Part shown: in pieces, positions 35,835 to 50,200 of the stretch
How positions within the stretch are numbered: position 1 is the first letter of the stretch
Layout of the letters: each line of letters opens with the position of its first letter
NCBI GenBank assembly: GCA_039621445.1
Contig: CP154954.1
Coordinates: 18,834,642-18,898,641, forward strand
Source of the DNA: Euglena gracilis
Taxonomy: Eukaryota
Direction of reading: 5' to 3'
Length of the DNA stretch: 64,000 nucleotides
Translations under genes and position numbers: made by a program
Notes under the pieces: model-generated
The model's input: only the letters and a program-made list of their open reading frames with translations
What the model was told of the DNA's origin: nothing
Database searches by the model: none

Positions 35835-36917
35835 GTGGGTTTTCGGCTTTCTGGACCAAATGGCTCTCATGTCCGCAAATCCTTTCTTCTATTCTTCTGT
35901 TCTGCTATTTTTTTTAACCAATTTTTATCTTGTGTGTGCATGATATTTCAATGGTTTTCTCGTGCAAATAGTTTAAGCTCTTTTCAGCTTCTAAGAAGTG
36001 TCAAAAACTTAAAGTTACGCGACAACTAACCATTTTCTGTCTGCGAATATGGATAATTCTGCAGCCGGCAGGCACACAATGAGAGACAAATGATGGGCCC
36101 AAATCCTCAACAGGTAATTTTTTCCCAAACGTCATACTAGAGCCCTCCCCCCCCCCCCCCCGCCTCGCTTACCGCCCCCCCCCTGTCCCCCCCGGGCCCC
36201 TGCCAGCTTTTCCGTCGGGCCAACCCCCATTGGCCTCCCGGACCGGGCTATGACCGATGACCGCTACCTACCTCCCCACCTGACCCTCTCACCTCTGGCC
36301 TCCTCACCTCCTCACCTTTCACCCCGCATGATTGTAGGCCCTTGCCTTCTTTGCCTCGCAGGCGTTTTCCACCCTGCTCATTCATAGTGCACATTCGGCG
36401 GTGTGATCGGTGCACCCCTTGACATTTTCCAGAAGGGCTCATTGTCGAAGGTGCGAAGCAGGTAATCGTACGTAGAAGCTGTGAGAAGCCTGAGAGGCCT
36501 GGAACTTCAGGATGCTTTTGTCAGCATTTTGCTTCGTTTGACCCGTATGGGTGTGGGGTGACAGTGAGGGGGATGTGCGGGGCATGTTTGGTGTGACAGT
36601 GGTGGGGGGAGTGTGGGGGGGGGGTTTGGAAATTCCTGGAAAACCGACGTGTGAGAAGCGTCATTCACACCAATATTAACCATCAGCATCATGCACGACA
36701 TCAGCAAAACTGGACTTGAGAACGGTCCAAAAAAAAACCTGGCATACAAAGGACATTTGTGCCTGACCTTGCACAGGGAAGGATGATGCTGTTTTTGTTC
36801 TGGGGGGTTGGCTGGGGCCAGGCGAAGCCGAAGGCCGAGTAAGTCAAAAATGGCGTCAAAAATTTGCCCACCAAAGTGATTTGTGTGCCCAAAAATTGGC
36901 ATTCATTGAGGTCGAAG

Positions 36918-37156
36918 CAGGCTTTTTTTTTAAACTCAGAAGACCCCCCCCCGGGGGAGGGGGGTGGGTGGGTGGGTCCAGGGCTGGACCCCCCAAGGGG
37001 GGGGATCCTGGGCCGTAGGCCTGGGTCTGGGTTTCGGCGCGAAGTGGCGCAATTTTTTTTTTTGGGAAATGGCCTCAGAGCACCCGATCTTTGGGGGGTC
37101 CCGCACCGGGCTGGGTGGGTGGGGGGGACCCCCGGGGTCTTAAAAAGAAAAGCCTG
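36918..37156. mobile_element. hAT-type MITE, CAG...CTG, 8-bp TSD GGTCGAAG
   Basis: TSD at 36910-36917 and 37157-37164; termini caggctttt / aaaagcctg. Confidence 0.88.
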
Positions 37157-39762
37157 GGTCGAAGTGGGGGTGTGTTGGGGGGTGTTGGAGGGGATGTGGA
37201 GGTGTGTGGGGTCTGTGGGGTACTGTGGGGGCTCCACTTTAAGCCACGCAGCCTGCATTTCTATTTCACATTTTTTTCAGATTTCATATTTTGATGTGCT
37301 TTTTGTATTGCCCTCCTCTGGTTAATGAAAAGCCAACACCGACGCCATCCCACGACACTCTGGACCCGCCCAAATTTGGGACCCAACCTTTGGGCTGCAG
37401 ATTTGGCTCCATACTGTCATTATGCCTAAAGCACCCCCCACCCCGGTCCACAACAAACGGCATGCCCCACATATACACATACGAGTTGGGGTGTGCCGGC
37501 ATGAGTCCTCGGCAAACATAAATATAATATGCATACACAGGCTCACCCTCGCTGCTCCGGTATTTTCCTGCACTTAAAAGGTGACTGCAGATGCAGTAAA
37601 TCCGCATATTGTCGGCTGAGGTTGGAGGCCCCTCTGGGGGTCAATTTCTGAACGCCCAGGCAGATGCTGAACAACCACACACGCGCGCGCGCGCACGCAC
37701 CACTTACACACAGCATGCGAGCACACACACATCATTCCAGTTTACCTTCACCTGCTTTTGATTCCAGAAAAAAATATAAAAAGACAACTCCCTGCCTCCA
37801 CCTGCCCTCTGGAGTCATTTCGGTCGTCTCCTGGTGCACAGGAGAACAGATGGTTCGAGGTTCGAATGTTCCCATGTCATCATTTTAGTTCACGGAAGCA
37901 AGGTCGGCAGAATCCAGGCTCCAACCAAGCTGCCATGCCAAACTGCACCACCTTTTAGGAGCTCCCCAATCAGCCAGCGAACGCACCCTACAGTCGCCTC
38001 CTGTCAACCGGCGATGCATCCGCTGTGTACGTTCGATGTGTGTCACCGTTACACATTGAACGCTCAGCAGCCCCTGTGGCATTGCTCAACACCCCTGCTT
38101 TCCCTCTGAACGCACTTCCCATTCCCACTTCCGACTGACGATCGTCAGCACAGCGTTGCGAGCCCAATGTCCATAATATTTTTTTGCTTGATTTGATTTT
38201 TGATGATAATGTGATGGACACAATTTTCCTGTGGCATCAGTAGATATGACTTTAAGCTTGAAGATTGGAATGGCGCTTACCGAGCCCTGACTTTTACATG
38301 GCACAAGTGCCTGCACCACAGGTGAAAGGAAAGTGGTGTCACCCCCTGAGCATCACCCTTCACACATTTGCGGATTACCATATTCGCATGGCGCCTATGT
38401 TGGACAAAGTGGAATTCTCAATCTGCAGCATACACTTGGTGCAACTGCAGGGTACCCAGACATGGTGCAGTTTTGTGTGTGGGACCACCCCTCATGAATA
38501 CCACCAAAGGGTCACGGGTTCCTGAGAAAGATTTCAAAGCCCCGATAGGACGGCAGATGCCTGATACCCTCTCTCACAGCCACATTCTTAACTTCTGTTG
38601 CATCGTTCTGCAAACTCATCATATGCTGTAGCAACAAGGAGGTGCGTTGGGATTATCATAAAATTAACTGTTAAATTATTTGACACCCGACCCCTCCCCC
38701 TTCCATGTAAAACTTGGCGCTGCCAAAGTTGGATTGTTGGCGTAAACTTGCAAATCTTGGCCCTCGTTTTGGCTTTTTGTCCTATGTTGCGCGTGGCCCA
38801 ACAACATAACATGCAAATTTGGCTCCCAAGGTTGGCTTCCCAGCCTCCTTTGTGCCCGGACAGCCCGGGGAGGGAAGGGCCTACTTCCTCTTCAGTACAG
38901 TTAATAAGCCAAACAACTATTTTTTCCACCAAAACCTTGCATACTTCCATCATCTTGCGGTTTGCGGAGAACTGGAAAATGAAATGGTGGATGATATATG
39001 TTGCTCAAGTTGTTGAACCCAAAACGAGATCCCTGTGTATTTTTTGATTGCTTGTAGTCACACCAAAGCGGGGCAATTATTCTTGGAGTGGGCTTTTTCG
39101 TTTCCTTCTTTAGCCCCGCGAAGTTGGCTTCCCTGTGTGATGTTTGTCGCTCCACTATTCTCTTGATTGTGAATGATGATGATGATTGTGAACACTCAGA
39201 GGTTGACTGTCCTGATTTCCACCTGTTAAAGGGCTCCTCGACCCAGCCATCCTCTGCATTGGAAGGGAACACGTGTACTGGCAGTTATGAAGTTCCATTC
39301 TGTCCTTTCCAGGATGTCTCGCTGACCGGGACTTCTATTTCATTCTCAGAAGCTTGCAGTGCCTGTCTGGCGTTTCCATCAATTGGGATGAAACCAAGTG
39401 AGATATTTGCTTCAACCCCCCCCAATAACTTGGCGGGTCGCAAGGTTACTGGAACCATTTTTCTTTTGAATCACCCAGGACAGGTAGCAACATGAAATAC
39501 TAAAACAAATGTGCTCACCGTCGTGAACGAAGTGTCCATTGTGTGATCAATATGGATCATCTCGGAGGGTTCACTCCCTGCGGAGGGTATCAGACAAGCC
39601 CCCTTTCAGACCGTGGGCGACCCTGGGACCAAGAAGAATTTTCCCTGGCGCTTCGTGCCGGGGTGGCCTGGACCCCCCTGGGGTCCCCCTCCCCCTGTGC
39701 AAAGAATTTTTTCTGGTACGAAGCGTCGTCAAAATTCTTGGGTTTTGATAATGGCCCGCGAT

Positions 39763-39800
39763 TTCACCTTCCTCCTTTCTTTCGCTCATTCACTCCCCAG
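39763..39800 (+). promoter_or_regulatory. Candidate spliced-leader trans-splice acceptor upstream of NSUN2
   Basis: Long polypyrimidine tract ending in CAG, 135 nt before the ATG; alternative AG at 39887. Confidence 0.4.
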
Positions 39801-39935
39801 CGGGTGTGTCTCGGCAAAACGGAAGCGGCCGTGGAAAAGGTCCCGTCCAACGTGCATTTGGGGCGGGACCCCCTCACACTTTCACAGGGGTGCCCCGCGG
39901 GTGTGGTTGGGGCGCCGCCGCCGGGCCCCCCTGGG

Positions 39936-41190
39936 ATGGGGAAGCGGAAGTGGCAGAGGGGCGGCGGCAGAGGGGCGGCGGAGGAGGCGAAGAAGGCGCG
40001 GGGGGACCCGGAGTCGGAGCCGGCGGCCCCGGAGGGCAAGGTGTGCCGTGGTTGGGGTCAGGACCATACTCTTGCTTTAGGTGTGTCCGACCCCCCCCCC
40101 GGCGACTGACTGGTATTTTTTGGAGTGATTGATTGGTTTTTGGCTCCAGACCTGGGGGGGGGGTCATTCAGGGACCCCCAACAGTAGCCCACTCAGTGCC
40201 GAAAGGGTCATAAATTTTTTTGTGGGGGTTTTGGCCAGAAATGCGTTTTGTCTTAGGCCATTTTGGCCTGAGTCGTCTGAGTTACTAACCAGGGTGGGAA
40301 GTGAGTGACTGGTTTTTGAAAAGTGACTGATTGGTTTTTTTGAAAGTGGAAAGTGACCCCCCCCCAGCCGGTAAGCAGTGGCATGGTCAGAAGGTGGCCA
40401 TACCATGCCATGAGATAAACACACACACTTTGTTTGTCTGCTGCTTATCTGTCTGTCTGGCTGGCTGGCTGGCTGGATGTCTGTCTATTTGTCTGTCTGT
40501 CTGTCTCTCTGTCATTGCCGCACAAGCGGAAAAGGCAGACCAAGACGGTTTCGGACCCAGCCAGGCCATCTTTTTCGGGCCACCGAAGCCCGGTGGTAAC
40601 AGACCGCTTTCTGAGCATGCTCTGTTTGGGGGCTAGTCATGGACCCCAAGGGTATGCCAACCCCCGGGCCACCCACAGCTCGATCCAGGCGGGCGAGTCA
40701 CGGCTCCTTGGGCACCCACCTGGAGAGCAACTCTGAAGTCACGTGGCCAACACCCGAGGAACGACCTGTGTGCTCCAGTTGCCCAGAGGCTTGTGGCGCA
40801 ACCCCCTCTCCTTGGCATGAAGCTGGTCGCCCCTCTGGGATACTCTGGCCCCCTGCCGGCGCCGATGGGGTCCTGGCTACCCCATCAGCCCGCTTCCTTC
40901 ACCCTGGCCTCAGTGTGTGGACAGCCTTCCTGGAGCGCCCGCAAACAGTCCCCTGCCAATGAAGCCTAGCAAGTTATGGGGAGCCCGACCCGCATTCACC
41001 CATGCGACCCTCTCTTCAATGACGACTGAACTTGAGGCTGTGCGGGAGGGACCTTGCGCTCGAGTCCTTGCATGCTGCGTAGGGAGCCTAGTTCATGTAT
41101 ATTTTATATGTTTTAACCGCTGGCGGGAGCACCATATTCTTAGCGCCTGTCTGTCTGTCGATCTGTCTGTCTGTCTGCCTGCCTGTCTGT

Positions 41191-41223
<33 letters not shown>

Positions 41224-44200
41224 TATCTGTGTGTGTATGCGTGCGTGAGTGTGTATGTGTGTATATCAGGGGGAAAATTGACATGTGCAATTTTCCCGCA
41301 ATTTCTGTAATTTTCCGTGATTTCCCACGATTTTTTCCCTTTCTGCAATTTTTCCACCTATTAATCTGAAATGGAAGGTGAAATAGGTCCCGCCGGCCAT
41401 GCCAGACCTCCATTTAGAATGTATCACAATTTTTTTTTTACGTATCACATGTATCACAGCCCAAAAATTAATGTATCACATGTGTATCACCAAAATTTTT
41501 TAATGTATCACACATGTATCACCAAAAAATTTAATGTATCACATTTGTACCACCAATTTTATTTGGAAATTTTTTATATTTTTACATCAATATGTTTTCC
41601 CCCCTTTCTATTCCGCTTTTCATCCTTGTTTCCTTGCCTCTCTGCAGTGGTGCAAATGGAACATTTTTCTTCTGATAATGCTTTGGGGGACAGCTACGCG
41701 GAGCTGCACAATGTGGAGGACGAGGGCATCCCCGATTCGCCTCCTGGAGAGGGTTCTTCATCAGAATCTGCAAAAAATTGAAAGTGACTCTGCACACTTG
41801 AAAAGGAAATTGCCACCACTTCCGTATGGAATGGAAAAATGGCCGCGATTGGTTGCGTTTTTAAGCATCCCGTGGCATGTGGTGTGCTATTTGCCATCAA
41901 TTTTGTCAGAATCCAAAAGTTTGTAAAACTGTAAATTTTTTATCTTACAAATCTGTGCTTCACAACTTTTATTATATGTTTCACCAAGGAAAATTTGTGT
42001 ATCACGTGTGTATCACCAGCCTTTTTTTTTTAATGTATCTCATATGTATCACCAAAATTTTTTTTAATGTATCATATATGTATCACCCAAAAAAGAATTA
42101 ATGTATCACAGATGCGTTGTGATACGCAATAAATGGCGGTCTGGGCCATGCCTGGAATGCTTCACAAGGGAACACAAAGTAGTTTATTGCTAATTTCTTG
42201 CAAAACTTGCAAGTTATTTTTATGCTAATTTTGGCTTTTTTGTTGTTGTTTTGAATCTGCTGGGAAATGATTTCGAATAAAAAGAATTCCTCATCTTGGA
42301 GCAGATTTTTCCTCGAGTCCAAATTTTTCGTCAGCTTTTGCTATTTTCCGTTTTTATTTATTTATTTATAAACCAACACATTCCATATTTTTTTTGGAAT
42401 CGGAACGTTTTTTGACGTTTTTGTTGGAAACGGAATGAACGACTGCTCAAAACATACACCAATGTTGCAAAATGGAAACTTTGAAAAGTTTTCAAGTCCT
42501 CTCCAGCGGAAACGTGAGTGAACATTCTCAATATCAATTTTTCTGCACTTTCCCGCAATTTTCTGCGAATGTTCCCAAAAGGCCTCCAATTTCAATTTCC
42601 CCCTGATGTTTGTATGCATACATGTATATGCACACGTGTGTGTGTGTGTGTGTGTATCCCGGTGTGTGTTTGCACATGTGCGTATGTGGTGTGCGTGTGT
42701 TCGTTTGAGATGAGGGCCAATGCATACACATATCCCTCCCCCCCCCCCCGGCACCCACAGGGGAACACCTGGAAGGAGCCCTCTTACTGCAATGCCCTCC
42801 TGGAGCAGTTCTACGCTACAAACGTTGCGGTGGTGCCGGCGGACGAGTACGGGGAGTTCCTGGCTGCCTGTCGGTGTGGCTCCCCACTTCTACCCCGGCC
42901 TGCAACCATTGGTGCATTAAATTCTGGTGAGACCACACCAGCAGGGGTGATGGGGTTTCGGGAAACTGGGACCCCCCTGGGGGTTACACACACGGATGCT
43001 TGATGGCCAGGCTGGAATTCTCTTTTTCAGGGTTTTCAGCCAACCTTGGTGTGTGTGTGTGTGTGTGTGGGTGGGTGGGTGGGTGGGTGGGTGAGTGGGT
43101 GGGTTGATCGGCCATCCCTCAGAGGGGGTGTTTTCGGAAAAATAGTGGGTGGGTTTTAACCTGTGGAAGAGCATTTCAAGGGGGGCCCAATGCCCTTTTT
43201 TGAGGATGTGTGTGCAGGACCTCTGCTTTCGCCTTTTTTTATTTTTCAGACGGCCGCTTCCAGCAGCGTTCCGCATCAGTGAACAACGCTCAGATGTAAA
43301 GGACTACCTCATACGGCAAATCCAGACTGTGTGGATCGACAGGTGCAAGGCTATTTCACATTTTGGGTTCATTGTTGTGGGCACAACTGATGCATTTGAT
43401 TTTCAGGGTTGTCTTGTGCTTTTGACTTGCAATTCAGTTTGATTTGATTGAATTTGGATGACAGGTGATTCAGCTTGACATTGGAGGGAAGGTTGTCCTA
43501 AATGGAGATTTCTGAGCATCAAGAAGTGTGAGCAAGGATGCAAATTGTGAGGATGCATGCGTTCCCAGTAATTCACACATCACAGTATTTGCGTGTGCGT
43601 GATTCGGCTTCTGTTTAACTCAGACCCCCCGGTGGAAGGGGTGGGTGGGTCTGGGGTCGGACCCCGCGTGGGGGGGGGGGGTGCAGGCTGGAGGCCCGGG
43701 TTTGGTTTCGGTGCAAAACGCCGAGTTTTTTTTGGGAAATGTCCTTAGACTGCCCGATCTTTGGTGGTGTCATTCATGCAGGGACACCCCCCGTCTTCCT
43801 GGCTGGGTGGGTGGGGGGACGTCCCTCCCCCAGGGGTCTTTAACAGAATAATGAATAACAGAATAATAATCATCCAGGCAAGAATGAGTCCATGATCATG
43901 TGCAGCCTGCCAATGGGCACTTGGCAAATGATTGAGGAACACGACGAAGGTCATTATCAAAGGTGAATATTGAGACCTCATCGCATGAACGATAAGCTGG
44001 TGCTTCGCTATCCGTTGAGAGGAATCAACCTTGATGTGTCTCAGGTTGACAGAATTGGCGGCATTGCAGACCACTGATGGTGCAGATGAGGTGTCTTTAT
44101 GTGTGGTTGTTTTTTTCAAGCCCAAGGAGACCTCTCACCCAGATTTTTAAGCCACCGGTGGTCCCTCCAATAGTGAGCGATAGGATCCTGTGTTCGAAAC

Positions 44201-47200
44201 CTCGAAGGATCGAAGGTTTTTGGCTCATCAATATTTTCAGGCGAGCGACCCATACTGCCAAACTGAAAAGGGTCTTGAACAGAATCAGGCTTTTTTTTTA
44301 AGTCAGAAGACCCCCAGGGGGGGGGGGTTCGGGGCCAGACCCACCCCCCGGCCCCCCATGGGGGGTCTGGCCATGTTTTTTTTTTAAACCACCATGCTCT
44401 TGGCAACACAAAACAATGAATTTTTTTTTGCCTGTGCGCAGTTCCATGAAATTGACGAACATTTAAATTCTCCTCCTGATGTTTGTCGTCTTTTGAGCCT
44501 GTTTAACAAAGAGTCTCCTGATTTTAATGGAAAACAGAACGTCCTGTGTGCTATTCCATAATTCTATTTTTTTCCAAAAAGCTTTCAAGGATTGCTCTGG
44601 CACGAGTTCCCCTGCATTTCGGATGCTGTTTTAGATCCAAAACGATTTGATCTTTTGATATTTTTCCTCCTCTTTGACAAGGGAAAAGAAGAAGTGAAAC
44701 TCTCAAACGGAGCATAGCCCTCAGCTGTGCCATCAGAACTCAGAATTCATGCAAGGAGGAAAGAAAATGCCGGTCGTCAATGGCCAACAGGCTCGTTCGC
44801 TTGTTTCTACCCATTTCCGGTGTGTTGCACCCGGAGGGAGTCGGGTGCTTTTTTTTTTATACCTCTCTCCATTTTGCAGGACGCTGCTCTGAGCGAAGTC
44901 ATCGTGCCGCCGAAGTCAATGGGCTGGTACCCTGCGCGAAGCCTCCCTTAGGCCCAACACGGCAGAGGAAGTCATTTTCAATTTTCATGGTTGCTCACCG
45001 GGGTGGGTTGGTGCCTCCCCTCTGGGGTACCCCCCCTTCCGGGATGGTTAGGCCTCTGTTTTCGACGCAAATCATGACAAATGTTTGGACCACAAAATTG
45101 AACCGCAAAAGTGGATCCCTCCGAACCCCCCCCCCCAGGGGATGGGTGGGTGCCCTCCCCCCCGACCCTGAGGAACCTCTGCGCCACCGTTTAGCTATAT
45201 ATTATTAGCTGGATTTTGGTTCGTGTTTTTTTCTGGCCACGAAGTGGGGCAATGCATCAGATTGGGATGGCACTGAGTTTGGGACCCAGGATGAGCGACA
45301 CAGGTCCTGGGGGAGGGGGGGGACATGTGCAGAGGGGGGATTCCCAGGGATGGATGGGAAGCCCTTCGGTATTGAGGTAGGTGGTGGGGGGGTCCCGACC
45401 ACCCCCTCCCCCCCTAGATGTTGGGAGGGGATCCGGACCCCCCTCCTCGACAGGTGCCAAAAATAGCACAAAATTTTCTTCCGGCGCTGTGCGCCGGAAA
45501 ATGAGCAAAAACACCCCTTTTGCTGACTTTTGGACATATTGCCCATTTTTTGATGTGTTGGTGTTTTACCCCCCAAAAATGTTCAAAAAATTTCAAAAAA
45601 ATGAGCATTTTTGGATCGATTTTCAAAGAAAAATCAGGGATTTTTGACCGATTTCGACCCGATTTCCGGCCCTTTGCCCGTCCATGAAATCGAAAAATTT
45701 TCGGCCCCTCCTCAGTTTCGAGGTAGGAGGGGGGGGGGTCCGACCCCCCCCCCCTCAAGGCTTCCCATCCAACCCTGGGGATTCCCTCTGGCACTCGGGG
45801 TGGGGCATCACTATCGGGTGTCTCACCCCCCACCTGTGCCCAACGGAGTCCCCCGACCTCTCCGTTCAGCCTGCAACTTTCCTGATTTGACGGTTTGTTG
45901 GACGGGGCGGGGCCAGGGACAGCTTGCATTGGACCTCGTTATGGCATGGAGGGCGGCACTGGCAGTACTGTCGGGGCCGACGCGGGGGGGTGGCGGGGGC
46001 TCCACCCCCCCCACTTCCCTTGGCCCCGTCTTCCCCCCCCTCCTCCCCCCCTGGACCGTCACGATGCCGCGCCACGTCCTGCGGCGGAGCGCCGCGCTGA
46101 AGGGCTTCAACCGCATGCTGGTGGCGGAGCACATGCTGGGCGGCCTCGCGCGGCAGGGCGCAGCGCTGACCGGACAGGACAGTTGGAGGCACTGTTTTTT
46201 TTGCCGGGGGTGCTCGATGTTCCTGGAATTGGGGGGTAAGTTTCAAACCCAGCCTTTTTGTAGCGGCCTGCAGCGCCGAATAAAATTTTTGGGCCGAAGA
46301 AAAATTTTGGGCGTTCACTGGAGGAATTTGGATTTTGCTTAAATTTGTTGGAAAAAATCCGGGATGGATCCTTAAAAATGGCGGAATAATCTTGGACAAC
46401 AATCCGTACAGAATTTTTCCCACAACAATTTTTCCTGTCCAAGCCCCCCGGTTCTCCTGAAAGCAAAATAAATCGTTCCAGCCTTCCAGCCGCCTGAAGG
46501 GGTGCTGGAAATTTAAGAAACGAAAAACGTCCATGGGGGCAGGGGGTCCGGAGCTGGAAAAGGATGCTGGCTGGCTGACCCCCTGGATGACTGGATGAGG
46601 TGTGAGTTTAATGACGCCCTGGGAGCGCTACTCTTCAGGCGGCTGGACAGGAAATCAAGTTCGTCAATGAGCTGGGGAGGGGGCTGTTTTTTTTGTCCCA
46701 AATCACCTTTTAGAAGGTGTATTGTGCGTCCAGAATGAACAATGGGTCTCATTTCACCAATTTCACCAAATTTCACCCATTTTTCAATGTTGGATTTGGA
46801 AAAACCTTCGGATTTGATGTGAATTCTGGCGAGAATTTTTGCTAGCATTTTGAGGATTTGTCCACTGTGTTTCCCGACAGAGTACCCAGTCCGACCCTGG
46901 GCCCAGTTCCAGCTGGGGGACTGGGGTTTGCCAGCAGCCTTTTTCCATCCAGCCCAAATTTCCTCTGACCTGGACCCCCCGGGGGCTTCAAGCACCCCTG
47001 TTGGCTGGGCAGTATGAATTTTTTGTTTTGAAAGGTGAGTGAAAAAGGTGGCGCAAAACTAGGCAAATACCATCCAGAAACGGGCTTCCCAGCTGATATC
47101 TTAGGCCAACGGATTTTTTGCACCATTTGCTGAACTTCGGGCTTTCTGCGAGTTCAATCTTTGGGCTCCTGGTTCGACCACTTCCAGTTCCAGCCGGGGA

Positions 47201-50200
47201 TCCCCATGGGCCAGCCAGCAGCTTTTGCCAGTCAGCTTATTTTTTGGGGGGGGGGCGGTCCAAGCGACGCCCTGTTTGTGGCGCTGGAGCTGGAGGAGGA
47301 GATGGTCCATCTTTTTATACGTTTTTGCCACACATCGGTTGTCCCCATAGGCCCGTCATCCGCTGGTCGGATAGGAGGTGGTGATGATCCCCACCCCCCG
47401 ACGCTGAGCTGGACATCCGGCCCGGTGTGGCCCCTCCCTCCGCCGGCCCTCCGCTCTCCCCTATCCCCCGCGAGCCGCTTGCATGCCGTTCTTGGGGCAG
47501 CCCCGTGTTGGTTCATGGCAGTTTGTGAAGCGGACAGTGGTGCTTTCTCCCTTGCACAGGACAGCCTGGTGCTCGACATGTGTGCAGCTCCCGGGAGCAA
47601 AACCATTCAGGTCTGCTATGTTTATGCAGTATGGTGCGTCTTTTTCTGGTACTAAAGCCCTTCTTTGGTTCCTTCCAGGAATGCTTGTTTTTAGGAAACC
47701 TTATGAAGAAGCAAACATATTGTGGAAAGTCAGCACTCTCTTCCCTTTTCCCCTTACCTGCGGGTTGCAGGCAAACAAAGACGTCGCACTTTTCCGAAGT
47801 CCGGTGACCCTGACCGACGTTCCCCTGGCCTTCCCTCTCCCCAGCTGCTGGAGATGCTCGTGGCTTCGGCTCGCCAAGCGCAGGCGCCGGTGACCGAACC
47901 AGACCTTGGGCCATGCGCAAAACGTCAGCTCGATGCATTTAATTTGTGAAAATTTCCATCAATGTGCCGAAGTGAAGCGTTAAGTCGAGGGTTGTGCTTC
48001 GCCTTTCGTAGGCAAGACAAACACGGTATCTGTTTCATGCCTTTTTTTGTGACTTCAATGTTAGATGCCCCAACTATCAGGGTATTGGTCTGCTGAGTTT
48101 TCCACCCCCCAACCCAACCCCTCGATGGGTGACTGAAATTTTAGAAATTTTTCAATGTCCACAAGCAAATGAGCAAATCCTCTGATGCTTGGCTCCAGCT
48201 ACCAAGTTGGGTTGGTGGGTGGGTCCGGAGCTGAGCCCCCCCCCCCTTGGGTCCTTGCGCCGACCTGGGGAGAATGGGGACCCCCCCCCCCCCCACACAA
48301 GCGAAGGCCTAGCGCCTGCCGGCGGTGCGTGTGGCCAACGACGTCAGCTTCAAGCGGGCGGAGGTGCTCGTCACACAGACCCAGAAGCTGACGGAGCTGC
48401 TCGCCCACCTGGTCATCGTCAACCACGCCCAGCCCCTCCCCCGACACCTTTTGCCACCTTTTGCCCCTGCCCCCCCTGCCAGTCCAGCTGGGACTGGGTC
48501 GCTGCTCCCTGTTCTCCCAAATTCAGTACATATGGATTTCCTGTTTTTTTTTTTTGACCAGTGCCCCTGTTCCTTTTTATATGAAAGCCCTGTTCCTCAC
48601 CATACAATCACTTCTGGTCACGTCTGGTTTTTTTTTTTAGAATGACTGACTGTTTTTTTGGCCCGAACCCCTCCCCCCCGGGAAGGGTTTTGAAAAAAAG
48701 AACAGCAAAGTGAACCGCGCCGACACTTTTTTCTTACTGTCTTCTTCGTATCTGTGACTGATTTTTCGACTGTCCACCCTGAGGGGATTGCCTGGTTTTC
48801 CAAAAAAAAGCAGCTCCGTATTAGAAGAGCGGAAGTGGCCCCCCTCACCCCCTTGGCCCGTAAAATTGTCTGTTCCCCAACCTGTTAACCAGGTCTAAAA
48901 AAAATGCCCCAAAATGAGCTTTCTCTGGGCTTCCAGCACCTTCAGTGCTGGAGTGCCTCGGCCGAGTGCCCTTTTGGCACTCGATGATGTGCCCCCCCCC
49001 CCCCCCCGGAGAGTCAGACATCTGCCTGGGAGCGCCCGCCCCGGCAGGCACCCCCACCCCCGGGTGGTTGGCCTTGCCTCAAGAATTGGATCTTTTTGCC
49101 CCCGGACACTCCGAGACCCCCTCCCCCCGGGTTGGTTGTATTCTGCCCGGCTATCGCATCCCGGCACCATGAACGCCTCCAGCGGCTGTGGGGGGGGGGG
49201 GCTGTTGAGACGCGCGGAACTTCCCTCGGCTGGAGACCGAGGACGGCCATCACTGGGGCTTCGACCGCATCCTGTGCGATGTGATGTGCTCCGGTGTGCT
49301 GGGCCCGTTGTGCCACAGACGGATGAGACGTGACGGTTTTGTACTGGATTGTGGGGCTTTGCTTCTTTGCAGTGCCTGTCAGAGTGAATATTATTGCCAA
49401 TGATCTGGCAACCCCAAATGCCGCCGGGCCCAAGATTAGGGACCCAGCACCATTCTCTTACTTTATGCCTTTTTTAAGGTTATTGACCGAGCGACGGGGG
49501 GTGGGTGAGTGGGTGGATCTGAACTGTACCCTCTCCTCGGGGGGGGGGGAGGCTTGGGCCGGGTGAGTGCCCCTGGAAGGGTTTGGCCCCTTTATTCGAC
49601 GCTTTTTTTGCAATCTTCAATCCTTCAGTTTTTAGGGCCCCAAATTGACCCCAAACGGGGGGAGATCGGCATTTTGGCAATTTTTCCACAATTTCTAACA
49701 ATTTTCAGGCATTTTTCATTGAAAATGGAAGATGCAATGAGTTCCGACCATTCCTTGGGTGGTTAAGAAAAGGGGGAACACAAGCAGGGGTTTTCTCAAG
49801 CCGGAGGGGACCCCCCAGGGGGATCAGTCCAGCCAACACCTTTTTCCAGCCAGCACCTCCCAGCCGGGCTGCTGACCCCCCCCCCCCGGGCCCACTGAAA
49901 TAAAGTTCGGGCCTGCCCAGTGAAGCTGGACTGAATTTTTTTTGGCGAAAAGCGCCGAAAATTTTGGAACTTGGAAATTGGAGTGGAAAGGCCTGACCCC
50001 TTTTTTCAAAAATTCCACCGAAATTTTTTTTGGTCCAGCCTGGCTTCGCCGGGCTGGCTTGTACTTTACTTTTTCAGCGGAAATTTATTTCAAAATGGCC
50101 AAAAAATGGCATTTTTGGGTGGTTTTGGGGGTTTTCACCTTTAATTTTTGGCTGAAAATGCCAACCCAGCTGTATTTGGGCTTTTTTGGGCTTTTTTGGG

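Noticed and set aside
38200-39495. Non-repetitive stretch with several 85-150 aa ORFs
   Set aside because: No recognisable domain or consistent splice model; the minus-strand frame has an internal stop.
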